Positions 25,839 to 40,070 of a DNA stretch of 64,000 nt are shown here, one piece after another. A program made the position numbers and the translations under genes. Every line of letters begins with the position of its first letter. Position 1 is the first letter of the stretch. The notes under the pieces are model-generated. The model saw only the letters and a list, made by a program, of their open reading frames with translations. It searched no databases and had not been told where the DNA came from. The stretch comes from Euglena gracilis. Lineage: Eukaryota. The stretch spans positions 15,890,140 to 15,954,139 of the forward strand of contig CP154954.1 in NCBI GenBank assembly GCA_039621445.1, written 5' to 3'.

Positions 25839-26636
25839 TACGTTGGTTCATTTCTGTGGCCCAATCGGCCTCACCCCCCCAGCCGAGGGATTGGGCCCAA
25901 GTCATGATTGAAAGGGGGCACATTTGCATGCTGGGCGCTTGGCCCCCGACTTGGCTGCGCTTGTCCCTGAGGTTGAAACCCTGGCCTTGCCGTCAATTGT
26001 GATGGCAAGGCTGGGGGGGGGGTCAAACTTAGTCGGGCCAAGTTTGCAGGTTAAGAATTTCGGCAGGCCATGCACAAAATGGGCCAAAAACCTTAAACCT
26101 TAAAAATGTGGGGCCAAAGTCGCAAGGGAAGGCTGAAGCCTAACTTTAGGGGGACAGGTTCGCCTGTAAGGAGGAGCGGAGCCAAGCGCCTGGGACTGGG
26201 GGGGGGGGTATGTGATTGAACCCATTGGTTGGGTGCGACAACAAACAGCTGCCGTGATATATTCACCATCAATTCGTTTTGACTGCCATTTGAATTCCCC
26301 CTCTCAAAACTGATCTATCTCTCAAAATTGCTGTTGGTTGAAAAGAATCCAGCTGTTTTCAGGAAGCTCGGGGCGCTGGTTCTCCTCCCAACACGTTCCG
26401 CAATAAACACACAATCCGACAACAAAGCCCACGCACACAGAGTTCTGTCGCAGACCACATTGCAGGGGCTGCAGCGCATCGGGATGCCTGCGCATGACGG
26501 ACATCCGCTCGCCATCCACTTGGGAGGCAAGGAGTGGGTCAGGGAGTGGCCCTGTGGCCCTGTGTTACGGGTGGAAGCCGTTGGGGGTTTTGGGCCAGCT
26601 GTCCCCTCTTTTGGGCTTGTGGCCAAGCCGCCATAT

Positions 26637-26771
26637 CACGGGGGGGGGGTATGCAACTTGGCCTTTCGAATTATGCAAGTCAAAAAAATGCAAAAAATGC
26701 AACTTTCAGAAAAACCTGATTATGCAAAAAAAATGCAAATTATGCAAGTTGCATATCTCCCCCCCCCCCTG
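26637..26771. mobile_element. Short hAT-like MITE
   Basis: CACGGGGGGGGGGTATGCAACTT / AAGTTGCATATCTCCCCCCCCCCCTG. Flanks share CATAT (degenerate TSD). Confidence 0.6.
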
Positions 26772-27231
26772 CATATCAACATCAACGGGGCCACACCGAA
26801 ACGCCTGATGGGTGGGGGGGGGTAAGGTACCTCCAGGCCAGAATGGGGGGGGTGAGGGCCCCTCAACTATTCCTGCAGTTTGCATGAAAACTTTGGCCTA
26901 AAAATGGGCGTCTTGGAAAAAATGGAAAGGTGGGGGGGGACATGCGGGGGGGGGGGGGCGTAAAATATCCACACGGGCAGGCGAAAAAAATAACTGTATA
27001 AAACCGCACACAAGTACACACAATTGTAGAAATGCATGCACTGACATACACTGACTTCTGAAAAAAAAAAACAGATTGTCAACATTCTGCTGTGACGGAC
27101 TTTGGAAACATTTGTTTGTTTTTCAAAAAAAATTCACACTCAAGGGTTCTTGGCTCAGATGTGAAGGGTTCAGGGAGGCTTGACCCAAAAATAGAGTCAC
27201 CCAAAAGTGGGGAAGAAAAGACTCTGAGCCA

Positions 27232-29854
27232 CTTAGGCGGCCCAACTCGCACTTAGCTTTGAAAGTGACTGTAAATTTGCGCCGACGCGCAAATCCAAAA
27301 AAAAGTTTGGTTTTCGAACACCGTGGCCTGAGACTCGAGACAATCCGAAAATAGTGTCTCCCTGCACCCCAGGGCCTGGGGACGAAAGCAACGACCTGGA
27401 ACTCCACGGTCCACGGGCACAGCGCTCCCGGGGCCCCGTGTGCCTGAATACGAAGCGGCGGGTAGTAAAACGAGGGGACTCCATTGCGCATTTGCGCTTT
27501 GGCACAATTTTTTTTTCATCACGAAAAAAACATTTGCGCTTTGACGCAAATTTTGACTTTTTTGTAATTCAACATGTGGGTGACCATTGCCGCACTTGGA
27601 CAATGATAACAACTTTTGTGTCAACATGTGTTTCCCTTGCGCCAAAGCGCAATGGGCAGGCTTATGAAGAATGGAAATTTAAGAGTTACCTTGCCCCAAA
27701 GCGCAAATTGAAATACAATTTTTAAAATTGTAAAAGCAACATGGCTTGCGCCGAAGCGCAAATATAACTACTTGAAACTTATCTCACAACGGAGGGAGAG
27801 AACGGCCCGGGTAGAGTATGAACACCAGAGGTGATAGAGCACAAGATATAGTGCAGGGGGACGGAAGCCTACTCTCAGTCACGTTGCCTTAAAATGGGTC
27901 AACATTGCGCGTCGGCGCAAGAGCCACGCTGCTTTGCGATTTTAAAAAGTGCATTCCCATTGCGCTTTGGCGCAATGTAACTCTGAAATTTCTATTCTTC
28001 ATAAGCCTATCCATTGCCTGTGGAGCAACAGTTATCAATTTTTAATTTCTCATGTTTATCACTGCGGGTGGAGAGAGCAGTCTTGGATCAATCTCATCAC
28101 CAGAGCGAACATAAGGCGGAGGGAAGCCTTGCCTGGGACAGGAAGCCAACCCCCTGGTGTGTGAAAGCAACCACCAACTTCATGACATCCAGACGTGTCT
28201 TGTTCTATGCGTTGTAAACCCAACTTCCACTGCCGGAGGTTCCTCCCACTTGCCTCGCAGTTAAGCGTGCCTGAGGGGCCCTTCTCTTTGGCCGACTTTT
28301 GAAAGTCGGAAAAAATTCTGTTTGGAAAAGAACAGGTGCCAGATGAACCCTGGGAATCACAGCCGAGGAAACAGTTTTAGGCGTCGAAAGGGTGTTTTAA
28401 AGAAGCTCGTCACCCCCCTTTCCTCGCCCACGATTTAAAGCACACCACTTTAAGGATGAGCGAATGGAATTGAGAAACAGAAAGGGCCCATCAACAACGG
28501 CGGAGAAGGGAAGACATGATGACACACCTTTTTTCGGTAATTTGCAACCCACCAGACAGCCATATACCACCGGGCAGATGGAGGGCATTGTTCAGCCGAA
28601 AAAGGTCTTTCTGTCAACATCCCAAAAAACCCCACTTTGTGCACTAAGTGAAGGTCACTGAGGCACCACAGCCTACCGCCCACAATTGGTCTTATTGGAA
28701 CAGCCACTTCCTCCCCAGCGCCTGAATAGTTCAAAAGCACCAACCCAGCTTCTGGCACAGCAGTGCTCATACCCTCCTCATCATTCTCCTCTATCCCCCA
28801 CCTTCTCACACAGCAACGCATTCAAACACATCTGCCATTTGAAAAAGCATTTGTGTCGGGGGCCCCTCTCTGAACGGCCAGTGTGCGGGCTTGGTGAGGA
28901 AATACATTGCTCCGAAGCGCAAGGACATGCCTACATAATGCACTGCTTGTTCATTCAGATTACACGTTAGCCGCGTGTTTGCACTTCGTATGCAATGCGT
29001 GTTTGCACCATTTTGTATGATGGTTTGCGCTTCGGCGCAATGCATTTCCTCACCAAGTCCGCACACTGGCCGTTCAGAGAGGCACCCCCGACACACCGTA
29101 ACACATCAGAGGGACTCCCAAAAGGGCTCAGCTCAGGGCCTTCTGTTTTAACTTGCGCTCAAGCGCAAATTTTTAACTTGCGCTTAAGTGCAAGTTAAAA
29201 ATTTGCGCTTAAGTGCAAATGTCCATAAACATTGCCTTCTGTGCCCGGCAGTGTGGGGCCTGGCGTTGCTCACCAGACGTTGGGACAGGTCCCTGGGCTT
29301 GCCCTCAGTCCCCCTAACCCCCCCCCCCACCTGGGTGGTTCCCGCTGTACCGCTCCTCGCACTTCAAGCACCCAGGGATCACAACTCTGTGACACGCCGT
29401 TTTTTCCAACTTTTCACAACGTGTGTGTAGAGTCCATCCTCTGGATGCCTCAACAGGCAACCTTTCAGACACACATCGCAGAGCCCAAAAAAAGCAACAA
29501 AAAGGCCACGTTACTCCCGGACTGTGTAGCACCATCCGGGGGGAACACTGTCAAGGCTTCAAAAACGGGGACTCGCAATGGGGGTTTTGGCCCCTTTTGG
29601 GAAAATTCACGTGTCCCGGCGGTCAAACCCAGGGGTTTGGACCTTTTTCAAAATGGTGAACTGGCTGAAAAACACCAAAATTGGGCCTGTTCCCCAGGTT
29701 CCAACATCGGAAAATGATGCACACGCCACCGTGGTCTCCGCGGAACCAGAGGGTCAAAAGGGTGGGTTCTACCGCCGGGTCTCAAAGAAATCGAAAATTT
29801 GCGCGAAAGTGCAAGCTAAAATCAAAACCTTAAGTGCGAGTTAGGCCGACTAAG
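27232..29854. mobile_element. 2.6-kb TIR element CTTAG...CTAAG with 5-bp TSD, superfamily unclear
   Basis: TIR CTTAGGCGGCCCAACTCGCACTTA / TAAGTGCGAGTTAGGCCGACTAAG. AGCCA at 27227-27231 and 29855-29859. Many TTGCGC-N4-GCGCAA palindromes. Confidence 0.75.
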
Positions 29855-32800
29855 AGCCAGGCATCGAACTTTGAAAAAATAGCATTCTGAGGATTTTGGC
29901 CGTTATACCTCTAAATTTTGGCTGGAAAACCCCAAACCAGCCTTCTGCTGGGATTTTGGGTGGCCGGTTCCAGCTGGATGGACAAAAGCATGCCATTCGC
30001 CCTCTTTGATCTAACCAGTCTTCTCAGACTGGAAAAAAAAATTCCCAGAGGTCTCTTCCCAGTCTCTTCCCAGAGGGTCATGCAAATCCTCTGACCTGCA
30101 GCCTTTAGTAGTGGTCGCAGGGATCCACTGGTTTGGCACTGTTGGGCGACCGTGCTGATTTGTTTTGAGTTGTGTGACCCATCAAAAACCTAAATGAAAT
30201 GAATCAGAGGATTGTTGAGGGACCCGGGGGTCAATAAAAAAGGTGCTGGATAAACCGGAAACCAAAGAATGCCCCAAATCTGAAGCGACCAGGCAGCTCT
30301 CCCCAACCGCTCCCACCAAAGCAGGCTCGGTTTGAAATAGTTTGGCGGAGGCAGCCGCCGCAAAAAAAAAAGACAAACAGACAAAAAGTCAACAAATAAA
30401 AGCTCTGCTTTGAAAGAGCTTCTGCTGCCATTGACGCTAAGGGGTTTGAACCAAACACGAACAATTCAAAAACCTTCCCCTCTAACCCCCCCCCACTTGT
30501 AAAACCCACCCCACTTGTAACCCCCCCCCCCTGGGCCGACCAACCAAGGTAGTGTGTAGTGGGAGGGTGGAGGCAGACTCAACGGGTTCCAAAAAAAAAC
30601 CCTCAGATATTTTCTTCCTTGACGTCATCTCACTTTTCATTTCATTTCTTTGTGCTCCTTGTGCGCTTCCATCGAGCTATTTTCTCAGGAAAAAGAGAAC
30701 AGAACCTTTTCTGGCTTGATTTGGTGAGATGTTGTTCATCTTTGGCTCCAAAATCTTGCAAGAACATGAACCCCTATGCATTTTGATTTGGTGTCCTTTT
30801 TGGTGCGAATGACCTTTCCTGCGTATCTTTCTTCATACAGGGGGGATTTCAAAAATTTACCATCATGTTATATTGGCTGGAAAGCTAAAAAAGAAAAAAA
30901 TGGATGTGTTGCGCCAGAAAAAGCAAGTGAAGATGGTTTTGGACCCCCCAAAATGACCCCGAATTTTTCGGCAAATTTGGTCAAAATGACATTTATGATA
31001 ATGGTCGGTCTCAAAAAATTGCCAAAAAATCAGTTTTTGGGGTTTGCCGCCGAAAAAATCGTCCCTGGCGGCTTTCATTTTTCTTCCCCGGAGGGGTTAT
31101 AACCCATGGGACTGGGGGGGCGGGAGGGCTTCCCCTTCGGCGACCCATTCTGTGAGTTGATTTGGGGTCGAAATTTTGGGCTTTGTACCAAAAATAGAAG
31201 AAAAAAACCTCCTTCCAGCCCCGGGCACCAATTTATAATAAAAAAAAAGAGCCTCTGGTAACTGTGTGCATTCTGTACGTACATCTGCTGCAGGGCATTG
31301 AAACCAATTGACTGCCATTGACTGCCATTGAAACTGATCAACATCTGCCAAACATGCGATCAATGACCAAGGAGAAGTTAATTGATCGCATGTGAGCGAT
31401 GGAGACCATACGTGGACACTGTAAGTGTGGGGTTCATAACCATGGGAGGGTTGCAATTCAACATGGACTCTCAACAAATGCAACAGAACAAAAAGCGAAT
31501 AAAACAAATAAGCTTCAAAAAAACACAAGGAATGGGAATTTGACAGGTATGAGTGCCAAAAAAATTTGTGCTCTGACTTCGACAAATACAATTGCTGGTC
31601 AAAAGAAATTCAAAAATGAATGAAAAGCAATTGGCAAAAAAACAAAATAAAGTAAAATAAAAAAATAAATTAAAATAAAATAAATAAATTAAAAGAAAAC
31701 AAAGCACAAAATTTCCTTCGTCGAATCCATTTTTGCAGAATAAGGAAATCGTTTAAACATACTAAATATTTGTGATCGTTGCAAACAAAAGAAACTCAAA
31801 TGGAGTTGGAACTCATCCATCCATCCCTTTATGGGCGCTTGGCACGGGCTACGATTGAAGGTACGGCCCCGAGGGCAATTTGGGGGGGAAATCGAATGTT
31901 AAGAATTTAGGCCATGACAAAATAAGCCAAAAAAAGCCTAATGGGGGGGCCAAGATTGCACGTTAAGGCCGAAGGTCAACTTTTGGGCCAAGTTTGCATG
32001 TAGGGAATATGGAGCCAAGAGTGTGGGGGGGACCCAAAGCTATAGAAACTGACCGCAAAAGGCCACAGACACTCCAACAACTCCCCAAATAGCTTTTTCA
32101 GCACCTTTGGCTTTTCACTTCGGCACCTTTTGCAATCTTGCATCACCGCCTTCAAAAAAAAGAGCGTCTTAAAAAAGCGCCTTCAAAAAAAAGGCGGTCT
32201 CAAATGGGCCGAGTGGACCAGAACACTGCTTGCCTGCTTTTTTAAGAACGGGGGGGTGGTCTAGAACCCCCCCCCCCGGGTCACCAAACTGGAAAAAAAA
32301 TCTCTGATCCAGAGGCGATGTACAGAGGGAAGGGGAGGGGCCGCAGCAACCACAGGCGGTGAAGTGGTCTGGGGTAGGGCTGCAGATGTGGGAGGTCCAG
32401 GATGCTGAAATGGAGCTGAAAGCGCAGGGCCTCCCAAGCATGAAATGAGCGCAGGGGACAGACTGCATGTCACTTATCCTTAATGCATTGTCGGTAAACA
32501 AAGCAATAATTGTCGGAATTATGCAGGGGGGGGATGATTTGGATTATGCGGCAATTATACGGATTGTGCAGGTGAGAAATGCGGCGTAAAATCCTTTTGG
32601 CCGTTGTTTGGTCGCTTCTATTCAATTTCTATCTTTCAAACAGTTTTTTCAACTTTTTTTGTTGCTTCAGTGGCAGATTTTTTGGTTACTTTTGACCCTC
32701 CGGTGCCCGCATCTGTGCTCCAGTTGCTACATCCAGTAGCCGCACAGCCACATCTGCTACTAAAACTGCTGGAGGGTGTTTGAAAAATACCTTTGACATC

Positions 32801-33408
32801 TGTGCACGGTAGGAAATCTGCAACTTTAGCCTAAAGTGCTGGCCAAAAAAATACCCAAAAACAGTGGCCCAGAAAGGCCCAAAGATTAAACCCTGGTCCA
32901 ATGCGCCCCATCAAAGAAAGCTAGCTGAACCTCCTAAAAGGTCGACCTCCCCACAAAAAAGGGGACCCCTAGAGATGGGGGAAAAAAAACAAAAAATAGA
33001 CCTCGCCTGAGTCTGCATTTTTGGGGGTTTTTTGTTTAAAAAATTGTTGAAATTGTTGAAATTGTTGGCAGGGAGCCTTCTTTGCAGGAGGTCTGACTGG
33101 TTTGGGGGTGGCACTCTCACGGCTTACGAACAAAATTTATCCCCTTCCCAGGACCCCGAAGTGCTGGTGTGAACAGCAAGTATTCAAAAAAGCACATCCA
33201 AAAAATGAGATTAGATTTGAGCAACCAATCGAAACAGTGGCCCTGGGTCTTATTTTGCGGAGGGATTATTATTTTTATTTTGTCTGCCAATTCTTTTCAG
33301 AATTCTGCACAATCCTGTTTTAGACTGATTTGGGCCAATTTTGATCATTTTAGTACATTTCGTAGATTTAGGGAAATCACAAAAATTTATGCATTTGGCC
33401 CAAAACTT

Positions 33409-33522
<114 letters not shown>

Positions 33523-34990
33523 AATATATGCATTGTGCGAAAAAAAGAGGATTATGCCTCCCACCCTGCCTTGATGCTTCAATTACCCCTCCCGAACACA
33601 TCGCCCAGCCATGCCCCCCCCCTCGGGGGCATAACCTCCCTTAAAAGAAGTAAGGGTCGCTGCAAGCGCAGTGTCCACTTAAAAAATGCACCCCCCCCCA
33701 CAATCGGTCCACCACGAGCACAGCCATTCTTTTATTTGTGGGTGGGTCAGGAATGGGACATCAATGCAAATTGCGGAGAATGTGCAAGCACGATGCATTC
33801 TGTGAGGACGCTTTCTCCCATTATTCTCCTCCTGGCTGGATAAAAACACACACAATAAATTGGCTGAAACTGTCACACAACCGGATTGAATGTTCCTCCA
33901 CGATTGACGGTAAAGCTGGGGTTGCCAACTTTAGGGGACCAATTGCATATTAAGAATTTCAGCAAGCCAGCACAAAATTCCGAATTGGCCAAGAACATTA
34001 AAGGGGGGCAAGATCGCAAGTTAAGGCTAAAGGGCAACAAATTTGCATGGAAGGAGGAGGGGTGCCAAATGCCCAGGGGGGGGGGGGCAAGCGAGGGGGG
34101 AGGTACCTGCACAGCAAATGCCTGGACCTTTCCACACAGATGGGCTGAATAACAGCGGGTTATGCGCTTATGGGAAACTGGGGTGAGGTCGGTTCAGTTT
34201 CTTGGCACTTCCAACATCAGTTGTGCTTGTTGTGAGGGAAGTCGGTTCAGTGAACACCACAGAACACTCCCTGGCTGGCAAATCATTTTCCAATGACTGC
34301 CACCTTGCCAGCCCCAAACCGCATTGGCCCGCCGGTCTAAGCATTGGAAAATATGAATCAGAGTGGTTTTGCCCACACAAAGAGGAGGTCCGAGTTGGAA
34401 AGATGGACCATAAAACGAAATGAGAAACCTCTCTTTTTCCCCTTCAAAAAGCAAAAAAAAATCAAAACCCCAAACACTCATTTTATTTTGAGAAAAGACG
34501 ATATGTTCAATGGAACTTTTATTCTATTGCCGAGCTGTAAAAATGGAAACTTAACTAACCTTGAAACCTTTGATGCGGTTTGAATGCTCCAGGAATGTCG
34601 CTTTGACACGGGGGCGGGGGTGTCAAACATGGATCAAACATGAAAACAGCAAATAACCAGGAAAGGGGTGAGTGTCAACAACATGGCGTGGACGGGGTAA
34701 GGTGGATAACTTCCAAAATTTCCACAACTGGGGATGAAAATCATGCAGTGGGTCCCGAGGGAAGATTCGAGCTCAGTACGACCTTTATCAGTCAGGAAAG
34801 CAGTTTTCTAGCAGGAGCCCCTTGCTTGCGAACAATTTCCCAGCTGGCAACCCGGGGACAGATGGGTTTGCGAGAGTGGGTGGGTGGGCCACTCAGCCGA
34901 CCCAGGGGGGTGGGGGTGGGGGTGGGGGTGAGGTGCACCGTGGGCCAGTCTGTCCCGGCCAAGCACCTCTGGTCAGCCATGCCCTTGGGC

Positions 34991-36397
34991 CCAGCATCGC
35001 CCAGCATCGCTCAGCATCGCCCAGCATCGCCCAGCATCGCTCAGCATCGCCCCCTTGAAGGTGTACCTATAATGCCTGCTGCTTTTGCCGCTCTAGCCCA
35101 CTTTTGGTTACTTTTCGCCGTCTTTGGTTGCTTTTTGACCACTTTGACCACTTTTTGACTGCTTTTTGCCCACATTGACCACTTTTGACTGCTTTTTGAC
35201 CACTGTTGCCCACATCTGCTGCCTTTTGACCAATTTTGACTGCTTCTTGACCACTTTTGCTGCTTTTTGCCCACCTTTGCCCATTTCCAACCACCTTTGC
35301 AGCTTTTTGATCACTTTTGCTGCTTTTTGACCACTTTTGGCCCCTTTTGCCTGCTTTTTGACCACTTTTGACAACTTTTGTTGCTTTTCGACCACTTTTG
35401 CCCACGTTTGCTACTTTTTGCCCACTTTTGGCCATTGTTGCTGCTTTTTGATCACTTTCACTTTTTTGTTGCCCACTTTTGCTGCTTTTTGACCACTTTT
35501 GCCCACTTTTGCCCACTTTTTTACCACTTTTGTTGCTTTCTGACCACTTTTACCCACTTTTGCCTGTTTTTTGACCACTTTTTGACCACTTTTGCTGCTT
35601 TTTGCCGGAGGATGTGGTGCAGGCCTGTGAGATGGCAACATCAAGTGCAAGTTGCAAGCCTCTTGCCGGTCAGACAAACAAAGTCCAAACATCTGCATCT
35701 TGTCCAGTATCTGCATCTTGTCCAGCAACTGCATCTTGTCCAGCATCTGCTCCTTGTCCAGCAACTGCATCTTGTCCACCATCTGCATGTTGTCCAGTGT
35801 CTGCATCCAGTTCATCTTGTCCAGCATCGGCATCTTGTCCAGTATCCGCATCGTGTCCAGCATCTGCATCTTGTCCATTATCTGTCCAGTATTCATCTGT
35901 TGGCTCCTGACCAAGCCAAAATAACCACAAAAGCCCAAAACCGACCACAAAAAACCTAAAATTGACCACAAAAAGCCCCAAAAAGCAACTAAAATAACCA
36001 AAAATTGCCCAAAAACACCAACAATGCCCACAAAAGATTGTGAGAAATGACCCAAAATCACCAAAAAGGCGCAAAATGGCCAAAAATGGCATAAAATCTG
36101 CTCAAAAAGGCCCCAATTAGCCCAATATTTGCCAAATCAGTGATAAATAGCCCCCAAATTAGCAAAAATTGACCCGTTATGGCCAAAATGGGTGTAAAAC
36201 TGGAGCTTTGTGGGGAAATTATCCCAAAAATAGTTCAATTCTCCAAAATATACAAAAAAATGCCAGCATCGCCCAGCATCGCCCTGCATCGCCCAGCATC
36301 GCCCAGCATCAGAACCCCAACTCTGGTCTCCAAAAATCCAGCATCGCCCAGCATCGCCCAGCATCGCCCTGCATCGCCCAGCATCGCCCAGCATCAT
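34991..36397. repeat. Composite minisatellite block
   Basis: (CAGCATCGCC)n at both ends, ACCACTTTTG-type repeats at 35100-35600, and an 18-bp repeat TCTGCATCTTGTCCAGCA at 35690-35890. Confidence 0.85.
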
Positions 36398-36590
36398 CAG
36401 AGGTGCTTGGTCCCGGCCGAAGGCCAGGCCAGTATTATTTTAAAGACTTCCCGCCGATGTTGTGCGGGTGTGTTGGTGGGAGGGTGGACCCCCTCCCCGA
36501 CTGCCAGGGTGGGTGAGCAAATTTTTTGTGGAACCGCCCTCCCTTCTGGGGGTTAGGGTTAGGGTTAGTGTAGCCATCGTGGGGTGAACG

Positions 36591-37452
<862 letters not shown>

Positions 37453-39629
37453 GGGCCAGTGCTGCTGGTTCCCTCTTCAAGACGTTGACACAAAATTTGC
37501 CAAGATACTGCCGACATTTCTTTTCCCGAAAAACTCTCTGTTGACCATTGCAAAGCTGTACACCAGTCCCTGTGTCAACAGAAAGACAGCCTGAATGGTT
37601 CGTCCCCATATGCGCGTAACGATTCGTCCAACGATCCATAAACCTCAAATCGAAATCAAATCAAAAAGACCTCAAATGGCCAAAAAAAAGTTCAGAAATG
37701 ATCAAAAGCGGCCAAAGCAGCTAAAAACAGTGTGGCCGAATGTGGCCAAAATGGCTGAAAACGTCAAACAATAGCAAAAAATGCCGACATCGCTTTGCAT
37801 TGCCCTGCATCCCAAATTCAAGAACCTCACCTTAGACTCCACAATTACTGCATCGCCCTGCACCATCCCAGCGCCCTGGACTCGATTGAACGTTAGGCCA
37901 GGGTACCAACCATGCGTAAAATAAGCCAAAACGCCCGAAAATTGGGCGCAAAGTTGCAAATTAAGGCTGAAGTTTAGGGAGGTCAAGTTTGCATGTAAGG
38001 AGGAGGGGGGGGCAAGCGCCCGGGGGGGGGGGGGGCAAGCGCCTGGGGGGGGGGGGACCAACCCCCAAGGATTTCCAGCCAAGCCATGCAAGGAACCTGT
38101 GGGGCGGGCGATCGAGTCTGGGCCCGCAGACGCGAGAGCCAAAGCTATTACACAACTATTACGCAACGCAGAGGACAAGCGACACGCGACTCGCAAAGCT
38201 TGCAGAGCTTCCGAGCTATGGAGCTTGGAATCGTTATAGCTTCCAAGGAGCTCTAAAAACAAGAGCGCAAAGAATTGGGGCTGTTGATTCATCAGATGGG
38301 AACGCCACCAGAATGGTCCCGGGGCTTGGCCCACGCCTGCAGGACACACGCCGCAACTGTGTCACCGTGGCCGAAGGGCAGGGTAAAAAATGAGCGGGGA
38401 CAGGGGGGGTAGGACCCCCTGGAGGGCGTGTGGGTCGGACCCCCCCTCCCCCTGTGCAAAAAATCTTTACAGCTCTTTGCACCGGAAAAAAAATGGGCCT
38501 TGAAAAAGGCCAAAAAAAAAATGCATTTTTGAAAAATTGGTCAAAACATACGGCGAAAATTTCATTTTCCCGGCGAGAAGCGCTGGAAAATTGTTCTTGG
38601 TTCCTGGGGAGGGATTTTAGCATGATCCACTTGTGCAGGATCACTGGAGATTTTGAACAAAATAATACTTCTTGCCTGTCCCACTAGTTCCTGTAGGACG
38701 TCCCACTACTTATACCCCCACTTAAGGAAGCACATTTCACAGTGATTCTGAAAATGCACCCGAAATTTCTGGGTTTATCCCAACCCCCCAACCCACACAG
38801 TCCCCCCACTAAGGCCAGTGGGGGTGCCAATTCTTCCAGTATATGACATTTGTGGTTCAAGATTGGGGGTGTTTGTTGGGAAACAGTTTTGTTGGGCAAA
38901 CGGTGCCACTATCGGTCATCTGGCCTCCCCCTGGGGGGTGTAGAGCCCAAAAAACCGATCAGTTAATATGTAATCACCCCTGGTGGCGGGGGGTAATGGG
39001 GAAAACAGTGAGGAATGGTATGGCTTTGTTGGCATCAAGGTTGACATCAGGATCAAGCAGTTTCCGTGACATGGTTTTTAAACCATCCACGACTTCTTCT
39101 TCGCAGCCACCGTGAAAGCCCTGAGACCTGCAAGGAAAATTGAGCCTGGGGATGGCGTTGCTTGCAGGATGTTGTCCTTTTAAAACCACCGTTGGATTGC
39201 TTCGGCACTGGATTTCTGCTAGTTGAGACACCCACCCAATATCTTTGAAGAAAATGTGCCGAATGCACAGTACACCCCCCCCGGGCGTTTGGCCAATCTC
39301 CTCCTTACATGCAAACTTCGCCCCTGTAGAGATGGCCTTTGGACTTTTGCACATGGCCGCCAAAATTCTTCAGATGCAAACTTAGCCCCCTTAAGGTTGG
39401 CCCCCTGGCCTTACCTTCATGGCCTGGGCCAAGCACCCGGGGGGGGGGGACAGCAAGAAGCAAAATTTGGCTAGACTGACCGATGGTCCTGTCAGCCATT
39501 TCATGCAAAGTTTGCGTTGATGTGGTCTCGATGCTGCCAAAGCCGCAAAACCATCAAGTGTGTACGCGCGCGCGCGTGTGTGTTTGTGTGTCATGAATTT
39601 CACCGTTTTTGAATTTTTGATAAACAGGA

Positions 39630-39910
39630 ACCTTTGAAGTCTTGAAGTCGTTAAAACATTGAACTTGTGTTCGGCTCCTGTGGATCTGGAAAAAAAACAG
39701 CCTTTTTGCAAGTCGCTGTAAAAATATGTGTGGTGTCGTTGCCAGGGAAACGGTGCCCCAGATCAGCCAGAGGGCAGCTGGCGGCAAACGTGCATACCAA
39801 ACAGGCGAGGGCAAGGCTCCCCGTTCAACCGGTGCGACATGCGCAATGTGAAAAGGTCTTTCGCTGGTGCAACCAGGGGCTCAGTTGAGGCTGAGTTGGT
39901 ACAAATGATC
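39630..39910 (-). pseudogene. Diverged second copy of the 3440-3850 coding fragment
   Basis: Shared DNA blocks TTTGAAGTCTTGA, AAAACAGCCTT, GGGCAGCTGGCGG and CAAGGCTCCCC occur in the same order. Confidence 0.55.
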
Positions 39911-39919
39911 GCACACGCG

Positions 39920-40070
<151 letters not shown>

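Noticed and set aside
27276-29220. CRISPR-like reading of the spaced palindromes
   Set aside because: Spacing is irregular (25 to about 900 bp), the loop is variable, there are no cas genes, and the context is a eukaryotic TE.
36549-36568. (TTAGGG)3 telomere-like run, also degenerate CCCTAA at ~51685-51730
   Set aside because: Too short and internal to indicate a telomere.
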